Positions 22,251 to 45,199 of a stretch of DNA of 64,000 nucleotides are shown here, piece after piece (the first letter of the stretch is position 1; the number at the start of each line of letters is the position of its first letter). The translations under genes and the position numbers were made by a program. The notes under the pieces were generated by a model. It was not told the origin of the DNA and made no database searches. It saw only the letters and a list, made by a program, of their open reading frames with translations. The stretch comes from the human T2T-CHM13v2.0 reference genome, Homo sapiens: assembly GCF_009914755.1 (NCBI RefSeq), contig NC_060940.1. One strand, 5' to 3'.

Positions 22251-23443
22251 CTATTTGCTGGAATATTACAAGCAGCACTCCTTAGGGTTATTTTAAATGT
22301 TTGTTTAGGAGCAGACACCAATCCCATAGACTACAGGTGAGCTAGTAAAGATCCAGAGTGGGTCAAAACCAAAAAAAAAAAAAAAAAAAAGCACTGGAGC
22401 AACCTCAAAGGAGGCAGGAGGGTGAGTGCCATGAGCAGGGCACAGGACCAAGCAGCCCACTGCAGCTCACAGTGAGGACAGCGCCTGCCAGGACACCCGG
22501 ACGCCCAGCTACCCGGCCACCTGGCCACCTAGCCAGCTGAGCCAAGAGCTGAGCCCATTTGCCAGCAGATGCTTCAACGGATCACAAAGGAAGCCCGTGG
22601 GCCGAGGCTGCAATCCACACAAGCCAGCGTTCAACTCCGGACAGGGCCCAGGGTCCTTGCTGGAGGAGAAGGGGCATGGAATCTGGGCCCTATGGGCACT
22701 CAGCCGGGCGTGCGGCCTCTGGGGGCCCCCTGGACGCCACAGCAGTATGGCAGAGCTGTGTGTGTTTTCACAGAGCCCTGTGACCAGTCTCCATCTCTCA
22801 GGGAGTGGAGAGACCGAACACCTTCTGGAGCTAATGGGTTCTGAGAGAACCCTGAGTGGTTATTCTCACAGATGTGACACGGGGAAAAACTGAGGTGAAG
22901 CTGCTTCCCTCCACACGCACAAGTAGGCAGCGGAGGGGCCCAAGAAAGAGCCAACAGGCGGCCCTCTCTCCCTGACAGCCACCATAGCCCAGCCTGGCCC
23001 CCACCTCCGATAACTGCAGGGTACGCTGCTACAAATGACGTCTGCGTTTGACAAGGATGAGCAGAACCGGAGCGTGTGCGTCAATTCAAATCTGTGACAC
23101 TGGCGCAAAATGTGAGAATGGGCTGGGGTGCCAGGCGGCCAGTCACGGCTAGGGCACAGTTCCAAGAAGGGCCACAGGGGCCCGCAGGGACACTTACCCC
23201 AAGCCCTCCAGAAACAGCTGCTGCAGGTCAGCACCAGCACCAGGGCCAGGCACACAGTCTCATCGGCACGTCTGCCACTGGCTGTCTGCAAAGTGCTTCC
23301 CTTTCACAACCCACCCACACAGCTCAGGACTGAGGTCCGCCCAGGCAAAGGGGCCTCTCGGTTCCAGAATCCTTTGGCCTGACAGGCAACTACAGATACT
23401 TTCGTGGACTCTGCTGAAACCTGTCTGAGACTATGGAGCTTTA

Positions 23444-24572
<1,129 letters not shown>

Positions 24573-25956
24573 TCAGATCTGCTCAAACAGGGGAAGCAAA
24601 TACCCCAAAGGAGACTAGAAACCCCCCACACCCAGGCAAGGGGAGCCCACGCAAGGGGCAGTATGGCTCACAAGCACCTCTGCCCCCTCTGCACCACAGC
24701 AGAGGTCCCCTTAACAAGACAAGCCTGGGGGCGACCCCACCCTGGGCCACACCCTTTGCACAGGAAGCAGAGTTCACCCTTGCAACACAGCCCCTCTGCA
24801 GCCGGGCACCTTCAACAGCACCACCGCCTGAGGTCCAACGGACATGGAAACCCAAAACCACTCCTCCACAGACAACTCTGTACACATTTTGGGCCCTTTC
24901 TTTTTCTTCTTCTTCTTCTTCTTTTTTTTTTTAACCATTTCTTCTCTTAACCTTTTAGGCCATTACCAGAAACACAGTCAATAAACTAATGAGCAGGTCC
25001 GACGGTTCCTCACGCACCCCTGCGGGAACCTGAACGGCAAGGGCTGGCTGCCCACCTCGAAAGGACCCACCGGTCCTCTGAGCAGCTCCAGGAACCAGCA
25101 GCCCAAGACAAGCCACCATGTTGCTCCTGCTGTGGACATGTCTGTTGTCCACTCTCTGGCCACAGCCACATTGACCAGCCCTATCCACAAGTGCATCACT
25201 GGACTGGCCCGGGAAGACACACGAAAATATCCAGGAAGACCCTGTCCCCAGTCATCAAGGAAGGTCAGGGCAGTCAACAGAAGGGGCCAGCGGCGAGGAG
25301 ACTGCGGGCTTGACCAAGCGGACCTGGCAGGGGCATGCAAGGCCAGCCCTGAAGGCCACCTGGTGGGCCAAGCCACCCTGAAGGGAAGCAGAGCCTGAGC
25401 CCGCCAGCCAGGGAGTGCAGGCCCTGGGCCTCCCGCCCAACACTCAGTCAACAGCAGAACCTGCCTGCTGATCCACACCGCTGAAATGACGAGGTGAACC
25501 AGCCAGCTCTGTTCAAAGTTCCACTGACAATGGGAACAAAGACCCGAGGGTGCAGAAAGTGTTCCCACAGAGGCAGAGCGGGGGAGCCAGGGAGGAACCC
25601 CATGAAACCTTGGCCCAGGAGCTCAAAATGACAGTGGGTGAGTGGGACAAACACAGAAAAGGGCCAGGAATGGAGCTCTTTCCTAGGCTGAGACAAAGAC
25701 CTAAGCAGAACACTTCACTTTCCTCAAATCAAGTATGTGAAACCACCACGCGGCTCACACACGGACCAACAAGGACCCGCACTCAGGCGTCCCACAGGGG
25801 AACTGGATGCCTGTGGCCGTGCTGGACCGCAGCAGCCCCACCGCAGGGGATGAGCGACTGTGGCAGAGATGCAGGCAAAGTAGCCTCCAGGACAGAGGGG
25901 TCAGCACCCGAGGGCTGGCCCTCCTGGCACGTTCCTCCACGCAAATTCCACCCCGG

Positions 25957-27263
25957 TGAGAGGTGACAGCGTGCTGGCAGTCCTCACAGCCCTCGCTCGC
26001 TCTCAGCGCCTCCTCTGCCTGGGCTCTCACTTTGGTGGCACTTGAGGAGCCCTTCAGCCCACCACTGCACTGTGGGAGCCCCTTTCTGGGCTGGCCAAGG
26101 CCGGAGCCGGCTCCCTCAGCTTGCGGGGAGGTGTGGAGGGAGAGGCGCGAGCGGGAACCGCGGCTGCATGCGCTTGCAGGCCAGCTGGAGTCCCGGGTGG
26201 GCGTGGGCTTGGTGGGCCCGGCACTCAGAGCAGCCGGCCAGCCCTGCCGGCCGCGGGCAATGAGGGGCTTAGCACCCGGGCCAGCGGCTGCGGAGGGTGT
26301 GCTGGGTCCCCCGGCAGTGCCGGCCCACCGGAGCTGCGCTCAATTTCTCGCAGGGTCTTAACTGCCTTCCTGCAGGGCAGGGCTCGGGAGCTGCAGCCCG
26401 CCATGCCTAAGCCCCCCACCCCCTCCGTGGGCTCCTGTGCGGACCGAGTCTCCCCGACGAGCGCCCGGTCCCATTGACCACCCAAGGGCTGAGGAGTGCG
26501 GGCGCACGGCACGGGACTGGCAGGCAGCTCCACCTGCAACCCCGGTGCGGGATCCACTGGGTGAAGCCAGCTGGGCTCCTGATTCTGGTGGGGACGTGGA
26601 GAACCTTTATGTCTAGCTCAGGGACTGTAAATACACCAATCGGCACTCTGTATCTAGCACAAGGTTTGTAAACACACCAATCAGCACTCTGTGTCTAGCT
26701 CAGGGTTTGTGAATGCACCAATCGACACTCTGTATCTAGCTACTCTGGTGGGGACTTGGAGAACCTTTGTGTGGACACTCTGTATCTAGCTAATCTGGTG
26801 AGGATGTGGAGAAGCTTTGTGTCTAGCTCAGGGATTGTAAACGCACCAATCAGCGCCCTGTCAAAACAGACCACTGGACTCTACCAATCAGCAGGATGTG
26901 GGTGGGGCCAGATAAGAGAATAAAAGCTGGCTGCGGGAGCCAGCAGTGGTAACTCGCTCGGGTCCCCTTCCATAGTGTGGAAGCTTTGTTCTTTCTCTCT
27001 TTCCAGTAAGTCTTGCTGCTGCTCACTCTTTGGGTCCACACTGCCTTTATGAGCTGTAACACTCACCGCGAAGATCTGCAGCTTCACTCCTGAAGCCAGT
27101 GAGACCACGAACCCACCAGAAGGAAGAAACTCCGAACACCTCCGAACGTCAGAAGGAACAAACTCCGGACAGGCCGCCTTTAGGAACTGTAACACTCACG
27201 GCAAGGGTCCGCGGCTTCATTCTTGAAGTCAGTGAGACCAAGAACCCACCAATTCCGGACACA
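25957..27263 (+). mobile_element. Solo LTR12C (ERV9 LTR)
   Basis: Starts TGAGAGGTGACAGCGTGCTGGCAG and ends CCAATTCCGGACACA; 4-bp target-site duplication CCGG on both sides; repeated CCAATC (NF-Y) units; GATA site plus AATAAAA TATA-like box at 26910-26925. Confidence 0.95.
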
Positions 27264-28277
27264 CCGGGACGACTAACCGGCTCTCCACAGGATATGCATC
27301 CCCTAACACGTGAGGCCTAAGCTCCAGGCCCTGCTGTGGTAGCAATGCTCACCAGCCGCCTGTTCAGTACCCACTCTCCTTTTCCCTTTGCATTACCCGC
27401 AGCCTTCCTTTGGAGGACTGCCCCCAGCTCCCCACTGGGGAGCAGCCGTCTGTCTGGGTGGAGAACCCACTTTCCTTCAGGAGTGACCCTGCTGCACAGC
27501 CCCCAGCGCACGCACCGTGACTGTGCTGAGACAGACGGGACACAGCGGCACACGTGCCCTCCTCAGAGCAACAGCGGGCCCATCCGTCAGAGCTGCGGGA
27601 AGCATCTGTAAACAAGGGAGCCCAGAGCCCAAGGTCACTGCAGCAGCCACCTCCAACACAAAGCCCACGAAGTCGCCCACCAGGCAGGCAAAGTCAGAAT
27701 GGCACAAAGCAAAGGTGCCAGGCCCTAAGGCACACCTGAGGCTCTGCCTCAACAGTGCCCTTCAGGGTTGGGCTCAGGTGGGTGGGTTTCCACGACTTCC
27801 AACCTAGTGCACCCTCACCTACACCTGGCAGGACAAAGAGAATGGTCTAAATGTGAGGAACGCAGCCTGGACTTCATGCCCTGTCTGTGCTGACAAGCAA
27901 CCATTCCAACATCAGAGATCTTCAAGCCACAAGGCTGCACCACAGGCCACCTCCCACAGAGAGGATTCAACCGCAGACACGACTCCCAAGCCCCAGGGTC
28001 CTCTGCCACCAGCAGCCCCAGAGCAGTCAAGTTAGGACCCAAACTGTGTAGACAGAGCTACACAAAATTAGACAGGAGAAGCCAATGTATCCCACTAATT
28101 TCATAGCAAAGGTTCCTTATTACAAATACAGCAAACCAAGGACAGACAGCAAAGCTACTGCTCGCAGCCAAGAACTGAAGAGTGGCTGGGAGGGAGGCAC
28201 TGGGGTTCCAACAGCGGAAATCAGAACGGAGCTCATTTTCCTCCTGCAGCCCAGCCCTCAACTTCAGTCCCATCTTA

Positions 28278-30680
<2,403 letters not shown>

Positions 30681-31021
30681 CTACTGGGTAGATCCAGCTC
30701 CTATTTAAGAGGTGACAGACTTTACTGCTGAAGGGTAAAGTTTACATGTCATTGTGACTTCTAAGAATTCCGATGTTCCTAATGACTCATAAAGTCATAT
30801 ATTTTAGTCTGTTCTCAGTAAAAGTGTTCTCAACATTACAAATATAAAAAAGTAATGACAAATGCAAAAGTATCACAAATAAGAACAGAACCAAAATTCA
30901 ACCCCAGCGGCAGCAGGACATCCGGTGTGGGTTAACGCCCGCCTCATCAGCACCTTTCCCTGGCTTGTTCTCCAGCTCTCGGAGGTGAGTACAGAAAGTG
31001 GACGCCTGGCGTCGGACTCAC

Positions 31022-31899
31022 CTGAACTCTCTGCCTTCGCTGTACCGTCTACTGGAGGAGACCCTCGGGGCAGCTGTCTCCAGGAGCAGCTTCTGAGGGA
31101 GTCTTCCGGGGGGAGCAGCGTCTCTGCCATCGTCCTCATCCATGTCCTGGTCACACTTCCATTCCTCATCTTCATTTAAGGTCGGCAGGTATCCAGATAT
31201 GCCCTTCCCTGTCCCTGACCCAGAGCTCTGGTCACTACAGACTTTGGGGCTCTCCGAGCCTGTCCTCGTATATTCCAAATAAATATCAGACTTAAGGAAG
31301 GAGGGATAGGTGTTTTCCTCCATAGTGGCCTGGATTTCGGTCTGGGCCTGGTCAAACATGGCAGGATCGATCAGCTGCTTCATGATGCAGCCCTTTATGA
31401 AGCTCTTGGTGGCTGGCTTGGTCTGCCGGGACACGATGCCATTGTTATCAAGAATGTACTTTCGGTAGATGGCTCTCGCCAGCTTCAGCCTCTTCTCCTC
31501 GTTCGAGTCACAGGGCTCCAGCTTCCTGAAGCCAGTGCAGGCAAACCAGAAGTCCAGCAAGTCGGCACAGCCCTCCTGCTTCAGGAAAGTCCTGAACAGG
31601 CTTATCCCATCTTGGTCATCCAGCAGGGAATGCAGTGACTCAGCCCACTTCAAGTATGGTGGGGTGGGGGAGGCACTGCCCTCAGGCTCATACCCCAGGT
31701 CCAGATCCGAGCGCCTCGGAGTGGCCGTCGAAGTCTCACCTTTAATGCCAACACCTTTCCCGGAGCAGAAACTGTAGCTGGCGGGCCTCGGGTCTGTGGA
31801 CACCAGTTCTCCCTCCTCACCAGGCACTGGGGGTCGGGGAGCATCTTCGGTGAAACTTGCTCCGAGGTCCAAGGGGAAACCCTGCTCTTGGATATTCAT
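31022..31899 (-). CDS. AXIN1: AXIN1 (Axin-1, Wnt destruction-complex scaffold), first coding exon (exon 2 = 31980-31022, 959 nt; 878 coding nt). Later exons lie beyond the left edge.
   Basis: Translation [30 protein letters not shown]... contains the tankyrase-binding RPPVPG and YEPEGS segments and the RGS domain ([14 protein letters not shown]...[10 protein letters not shown]). Acceptor tttcaacag|GAC at 31980, ATG at 31899-31897, donor TTCAG|gtgagt at 31022. Confidence 0.98.
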
Positions 31900-33391
31900 T
31901 TTGGGACTCTGCGTCAAGGAACAATGAGCGCTGCACCCTAATACATCAGTACTTACAGCTCCAAAGTGAATCAATCTGTCCTGTTGAAACCATTAAGAGG
32001 ACAAGGATTAGGAAAGGTGGGTCCATGAAACACGACCAGAGGTTTTCTCAAGACAAGACTCACGATGACGCCCTCCCGCTCAAACTCAAAGCAAGAAACT
32101 CAGTTTAAATGTTCAATCAAGATATATTTTGGCCACAAGCATAGTTCTACTTTAAAGCAATTTCTGGAAACTTTTACAACTACAGGAATGCCTCTCATGC
32201 TAAGAAGGGATGCCCAGGACATGGGAATGCCACTCCCCACAAGTCTCACTGCACAAACATCACGGAGGCTGGCAGCTTGAGCACCTCCCACCTCAGCTGC
32301 AGAGCTGAGGGACAGGGAAGGCAGGAAGACCGGAGGAAGGAAAGCTGCCTCTAGTCCTGACTATGTGTACAAACCTGAGTGAGGGCTGGACCCTCACAAG
32401 TAAGATGGAGACAATCGCTCCACCAGCCCCAGCAACACTCAGAGAGAAAGGAAGGTGCGCTACAGCCCCGAAGGTGGTGGGCGTCTTCTGAACCCCACGT
32501 CCTCCAGGCCCACGGCCACTGTTTTCTACCTGCTGCATCACGTCACGCGTGGTACACCTTCCGACACATGAGAACACACTGCAGGGTGTTCCTCCGACTC
32601 TCAACACACGCCTCAAAGAGAGATAATCATGGGTCACCTTCAGCCCCATCGACCGAGGGATCAAGGACACCACCCAGGCCCACAGAGGCGCTCGGACACC
32701 GTCACTGGAGACAATCTTAAAATGCTCTGTCAGAATGCTGCACTTGACTCTGAAAAGCCTCTCTGATGAGGATTCAGATAGCAAATAGTAAATGGGTACT
32801 TCAAGGAACAGAGAAGGTACAGAATAAAAGGAAATGCAAATACAATTTTTAGCTAAGGAAGCTATAGTTCATGTGACTTCACTCCTTAAGCTGAAAACCA
32901 AACCACCCACCCTCTTAGACATCAGGGAACTATAGAATTTGCTGCTACTACTGCTGCTGCTGCTACAAGCCTGCAAGGGGTGTGCAAAAGAGAGTAGATA
33001 AGGGCTCCAACAGAACCCCTGCCATGGTCTATGGTCCTTCCTGCCACGTCCTACAGGAGCCCAGGAGCTCTGGCTATGCCTGTCAACCCGGCCATGCAGG
33101 TGACTGAAACAACAGCCTGCCATGATGTAAGTGGTCCTGGCTAAAAGGGGCTGGAGAGAGGGCTTTAGAGAAGCATGTTGGGTTCAAAAGCCTAGAGTGC
33201 TGAACAAGTCACAGCAAACAAATAAAACCCTAAAACCCAGGACCAACTGAAGGGGGATCTATCCCCCAGCCACCACTCCACACTGCTGTCCCTTGTCTAT
33301 GTGGAATCTGTCCCCCACACCAACTTCCTCACATTGCACACACTTTACCAGCCAACAGCTGCTCACGGCTGGAAGCACGAAGGATCCACAG

Positions 33392-36630
<3,239 letters not shown>

Positions 36631-36799
36631 TATATATCTTATAGATGGGCTGAGAAAAATCCCCAGAGAACTGACATGTTTTTCTCTACTTTCTTCAATG
36701 CCAAGCTGAAAGTTTCACTGCTCGGGCAGTGCAGCTCTGGTTTCACGGGGGCTAAATTCCAAAGTGCGGGGCGGGGGTAGAATCTAAGAACCACACCCA

Positions 36800-38400
36800 A
36801 GAGAAAGACCAGTGTTTGGGCAGCAAGGCATCAACCTGGAGGGTACGGACGCCGGAGCACGCGGCTACTCAGGCCGAACCCCGACCCGGACCCGGCACGC
36901 GGCCTCGGCGAGGGCGGGCGGGAGTGTCCTCCTCCGGGACAGCCGGACTCCCGCCGACTTCTGGGCGGCGGGGAGGGCTCCAGGCCCGGCTCTCCCGGGC
37001 CCCCGCACGCGATGCGCGGCCCCTGCAGCTGCTCCGTGCCCCGAGACGCGCCCGAGGCCTCGGACCTCCAAGCGGCCACCGCGCCGCCAGTCCCGCTGCC
37101 CAGGGACACCCCGGCCCCAGCTCCCCGCGCGCCCACCCCCTCGGTCCCACGCGCGTCAGCCACCCGCGCCCCCCGCCGCTTCCGGGTCCCGCCCGCCCGG
37201 CCTACCGCGGCCTAGCCCGCCCCGGAGCCCGGCCCTACTCACCCGCGCGCGGTGGTGGCGGGACCCCGGGCCCGGCTCCCGGAGCGGCGCGGCGCGGCCC
37301 GGCCCATGCGCTCAGCGGCAGCGCGGCGGGCGGGACCCGGCGGGGGCGCGGCCCGGGGCGGCCCCCATCTCGGCGGCTGCGGCTCGGCGGCCCGGAGGCG
37401 GACGCGGGGCAGGCCGCGGGGGCGCCGCAGGGGCCCAGCCGCCAGCTCCCACCCGCCCGCTCCGCGTGGACGCGGCTCCGGGCCGACTCCGGCCGGCTCT
37501 GGCGGCGGCAGCGGCCACGATCGCCTCCCGAGCCAGAGCCCGAGCCAGAGCGCCGAAGCCCAGGCCCGAGCGCCCCCGCCGGCGGCGTCCGGAAGTGCGG
37601 GGGCGGGGCCGGGGCGCGGGGACGAGGTGAGAGCGCGGGGCGGGGCCTCAACACGGGGCGGGGCCGGCAGCGCGGGGACGAGGTAAAGGGTGTGGGGCGG
37701 GGCTTCAGGCGCGGGGCGGGGCTGAAAGCGCGAGGATAAAGTGAGGAGCGTGGGGCGGGGCCGACAGCGAGGGGACAGGTGAGGAGCGCGGGGCGGGGCC
37801 GGGGCGTGGGCGGGGCCGGAAGCGAGAAGACGAGGTGAAGAGCTCGGGGCGGGGCCTCGGGCGTGGGGCGGGGACCAGGGAGTAAGGCGGGGCCCGCCTC
37901 GAGCAGAAGAGGTAAAGAGCGTGGGGCGGGGCCTCCGGCGCGGGGCGGGGCCGGAAGCGAGAAGACGAGGTGAGAAACATGGGGCGGGGTCTCTGCATGG
38001 GCGGGAGAGGGCGTGGTCAGTGCCTGCCGGGGGCGGGGCGTGCCGGGGGCGCGGTCGCGCCGTCTTCCCGAGGGGCGGTGCGGAAGCGGAGCCCGGGAGG
38101 CTTTGGCTTCCCAGAGAGCGGAGTGGGAGAGGCGGCGTTGCAGGTCCTTGGAATGGCCGCGGCCGTGGGGAGCACTGGGCGGACTGCGCGCCCCGAAGGG
38201 CGCACGTGGGGCGCAGCCCTTTTCTGCCGCCAGTACATCGGAGGGCAGTCAGGGGGCTGCAGGCCTCGGGGCTCCCTGCCCAGCCGGCCCTGGAGAGGAG
38301 GCCCTCGTGGGGACCGCCACGGCCTGCCCGCCGCCGTGAGGGAAGCAGGCTCCCAGGAGTGGGGTGGTCGGCAGGCAGGGATGGCCAGGGCCCTTGGAAG
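36800..38400. promoter_or_regulatory. AXIN1: AXIN1 CpG-island promoter with more than 12 GC boxes and ETS sites
   Basis: Very high GC and CpG density; repeated GGGGCGGGG between 37598 and 38040; CCGGAAG motifs. Confidence 0.9.
37243..37600 (-). other. AXIN1: AXIN1 non-coding exon 1 (5'UTR); TSS approximate
   Basis: Donor CGCGG|gtgagt at 37243 inside the CpG island; ETS motif CCGGAAGT at about 37589 next to the GC-box array. Confidence 0.85.
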
Positions 38401-40432
38401 GTGGGGTGGGCTCCACCCTCCTGAGTCCCAAGGCAGCCTGGACTCACAGCGCCAGGGAACACGTTAGGCCCCAATATATGGTGGCTCTCACCCGGACAGG
38501 AGCCACAACCTCCAAAGAGCCCACCGGCTAGGACCCTCTGCCTTGATTTCTCCCAGGCACCATCTAGTATCAGAGAAGGGTTCTCCTTCCCTCCGCTGCC
38601 CAGGCCAGCCCGAGAGCAAGGCCATTGGAGTGTCCAGACCCCTGCACCCCTTCCCCTGGGCTGTCTCCACAGCGGCCCTGCCAAGGGGTCCAGTCCGATC
38701 CTGCCACCCTGGCTGCCCAGATCCGTGTCACTTGCCCTGCAGGCCACAGAGCATGAGGTCACAGCCCCAGGCACCCCACGGCAGAGAGGCACGGGCCCCC
38801 AGCAGCAGCCCCAGCACCAGCTCTGGCCAGCCCAACCCTGTCAGAACCAACCCTCTGCTCTCCACCCAGGCCTCAGCCAACCATCAGGCCCTCCCCAAGG
38901 AGGAGGATGTGAGTACCAGGATCTGCCGCCTCCCACAACAGCCCAGGGCCCTGTCCTTCCCAGAGCACTATTGGGCCTGGCACCTCCCGGGATGCTCCAG
39001 GCAGCCCCCTGGGGTCAGCTATACCCCCGTTTCACAGAGGAGACAGCTGCAGTTCAGGCCACACAGGACCAGCTCGCCTCCTGTTGGGTGAGGGCTCCCC
39101 ACCTCGTCCGCCCCACACCTGAGACAACAGCCCTCATCTATCTGCCCTCTGCTTTAGGCCTCCCAGGGCTCCCTGCTGCCCACAGCCCTTCAGGGCCCTT
39201 CCTAAGGGCGCCTCCCCCACACCTTCCCCTAGATGCGTCTGGCCACTTGCCCGCCTCCGTGCTTCCGTGTCCATCATGTCCATACCTGCCAGCTCCCTCC
39301 AGGCACCTCTCACGTCACCCCCATGTCTTTCCCTGGGCTGTGTCACCCTGGATGCCCAGCCTCACCCTTCAGAGCTCCCAGGCAAGCACAGAAGTCCCAG
39401 CTCCAGGCTCCCCGAGCTTCCAGCCTACCCCCAACCAGATGCCCACAGGTGGGACTGCATGGGGAACCATGTGTGGAAGCCTCCCAGCCCTCGCCCCTGC
39501 CAGCACTCAGCATGGTGTCTGATGCCAGCATCGCTGTGTGGGAAAGGGGGTAGCATGGGACAAGGGCCACTAGGCTGTCCCCAGCCTGCCAAGGGCCCAG
39601 GCCCACCTCCCAGGGCCATCACTGTGCTCAGAGCAGGTGGGCAGGGGCTGGGGATATGAACGAAGCTGCACTGTTAGACCAACACCTGGCCCCGCTGGGT
39701 CCTGGCCGCAGGCACCCTGCCAGGTCCCACAGTGCTGGACACTGGGGCCTCCCCGCAAGCCCCCTAGCCCATTCAGCCTCAGAACCTTAGAGGAGACAGA
39801 GTGGGTGGCCTCCATGGTAAAGCACAGTTTCCAGGGATGAGGGAGTCCTGGGTGGCCAGACAGACAGCAGGACCTCAGACACTGGCCCCTGGGCTGCCCC
39901 CCGACTCCCAACAAGGTCCCCAATGCTTGCCTTGGTTCTGCAGAGCTGCTGCTGTGTCCGGGCCAGGCTCTCGGGGCTGTGTCCACGTCCATCCTCCTCT
40001 TGGCCCTCGGTGGCAGGTGTCCCCAGGCCCTGGGACCAGAACAAGGCCCTTGGGCCTCCAGCTCCTCGGGGCCCCTGCCCTGCAGGGACAGGAAGGGGGT
40101 CAGAAAGCCTGGAGGAAATGCAGCAGCCCTTCTAAAGTAGGTTGTGGTGTGGGTGTGGAGGGGAGATTCTCTGAGCCTAGTGGGGGTAGGAGGAGACCAG
40201 AGGCAGGCCAGGCAGAAGAGAGGTAGAGGAAGGCCCTGAGGAGGGGCAGGGAGGCGCGCGGGGGCCTGTGGTGTGCAGGGTGAGGTTCAGCCACCTCCCT
40301 TCCTCACAGAGCTCCTTGAAGAGGCAAACGCCCTTTGCTTCGAGCGTGAGTTTGCCACGAAGGCTTTTATTTGATTGACCGTAGATGACATTTAATCAGG
40401 TTTTGTTTCTAGGCACCAAATGAGACACTTAA

Positions 40433-43975
<3,543 letters not shown>

Positions 43976-45199
43976 TCACCCACGTCGCCTGCGCCCAGCC
44001 CCGTCCAGCAGACCTGACAGTCCCCACATCCCCGCTGGCCTCCAGGGGTCAAGGGTCAGGACGCCAAGGCCAACAGGAAAGCACTGGCAACAGGGCGGGG
44101 GCCTGGCCAGCCAGGCGGCCCAGAGGCGGTCCCCTCCATCCCAGGGTACTGTCCACACCTCCCAGTGTCCTGAGGGGAGTCCTCCTGCACTGCCTTTCTG
44201 AAGAGTTCTGACCCCAGGGTGTCCAGGGGCTGGGACTGGGGCCAGGTGGATACCAGGATGTGGTCAAGTAGGCCTGCCTGGAGGGTCCGGCCGCAGGGGC
44301 TGGGGAAGTAGGAGGGGAGGGCGGCCACCACTTCCCAACTCGGGAGCTGCTGACATCAGGGGACTGTTGGGCCTGGCCTGGCACCTGCCTCCCAGGAGAC
44401 CTGAGTGCCCATCCTTGTCTTGGGCCAGCCTGTAGCCCTAGGCAAAGCAGGCACCTCCTTGTGCCAGTGTCCCCCTGGGCAAAGTGATCGTCCTGACCTG
44501 GCCTCACAGCCCCAGAGGTCCGTGTGTGACCCTCTCTGACAGGCCGGGTGGCGGGATGGAGCCCACGGCTGGCCATGGACCAGGTCTGGTGTCCCAGGCA
44601 CATTGTGAGCACAGGGCAGGGCCTGCTGGCCTCCCCCAACCTCAGTGCTGTTTTCCCAAAAAGAGGTGGCATCCAAGTGCAGGGGCCATGCCCCGAGGGG
44701 CCTCGCGCTGACTTCGGGAAGTAGCAGGTGACGTCCCACCTCCCTGGGCAGCCTCAGGCCGCTTCCTGTCCTTGTTGGGGGGACTCCTGCCCCTGCCACA
44801 CCGACCACAGTCCTTGTCCCTGCTGTTCCCTCACCTGAACGCCCTTCCCTGCCCTGACGGCCTCCATCCCACACGCCTCTCCGGGCGCTGCCGCCCCCCC
44901 GTTGGTGCTCATCTGTCCTTCTGCCCACTATCCCCAGCGGCCCCGATACCTGCACACCCCAGTGCCCAGCGGTTCCCCCTCGAGCTGGCAAGGGGACATT
45001 AAATGGGAGGTGAGGAAGTGCGGCCCCCAGCGGGCAGCTGCCTTTGCCCCGGCCCACCTGCGCCCCCGCCCACCTGTGCCCTCCGCCGCCTCCCTCTGCT
45101 TGGCTGTCCCAAGATGTCTCTCTCCACTGCCTAGGAACCCTGAGGCCGCGGCCAAGTTCTGAGCGTGTGACTGTGTGTGCTGGGCCCCAGGCCCCTTTG

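Noticed and set aside
31900-31974. ORF-track start at 31974 as the AXIN1 start
   Set aside because: The codon is TTG; the recognised start is the ATG at 31899. The open upstream frame is treated under findings.
32941-32966. Short interrupted CTG/CTA triplet run
   Set aside because: Only about 8 interrupted units in an intron; unremarkable.
36812-38792. Long Arg/Pro/Gly/Ala ORFs (272, 307 and 517 aa)
   Set aside because: Expected from stop-codon depletion in a CpG island; no recognisable domain.
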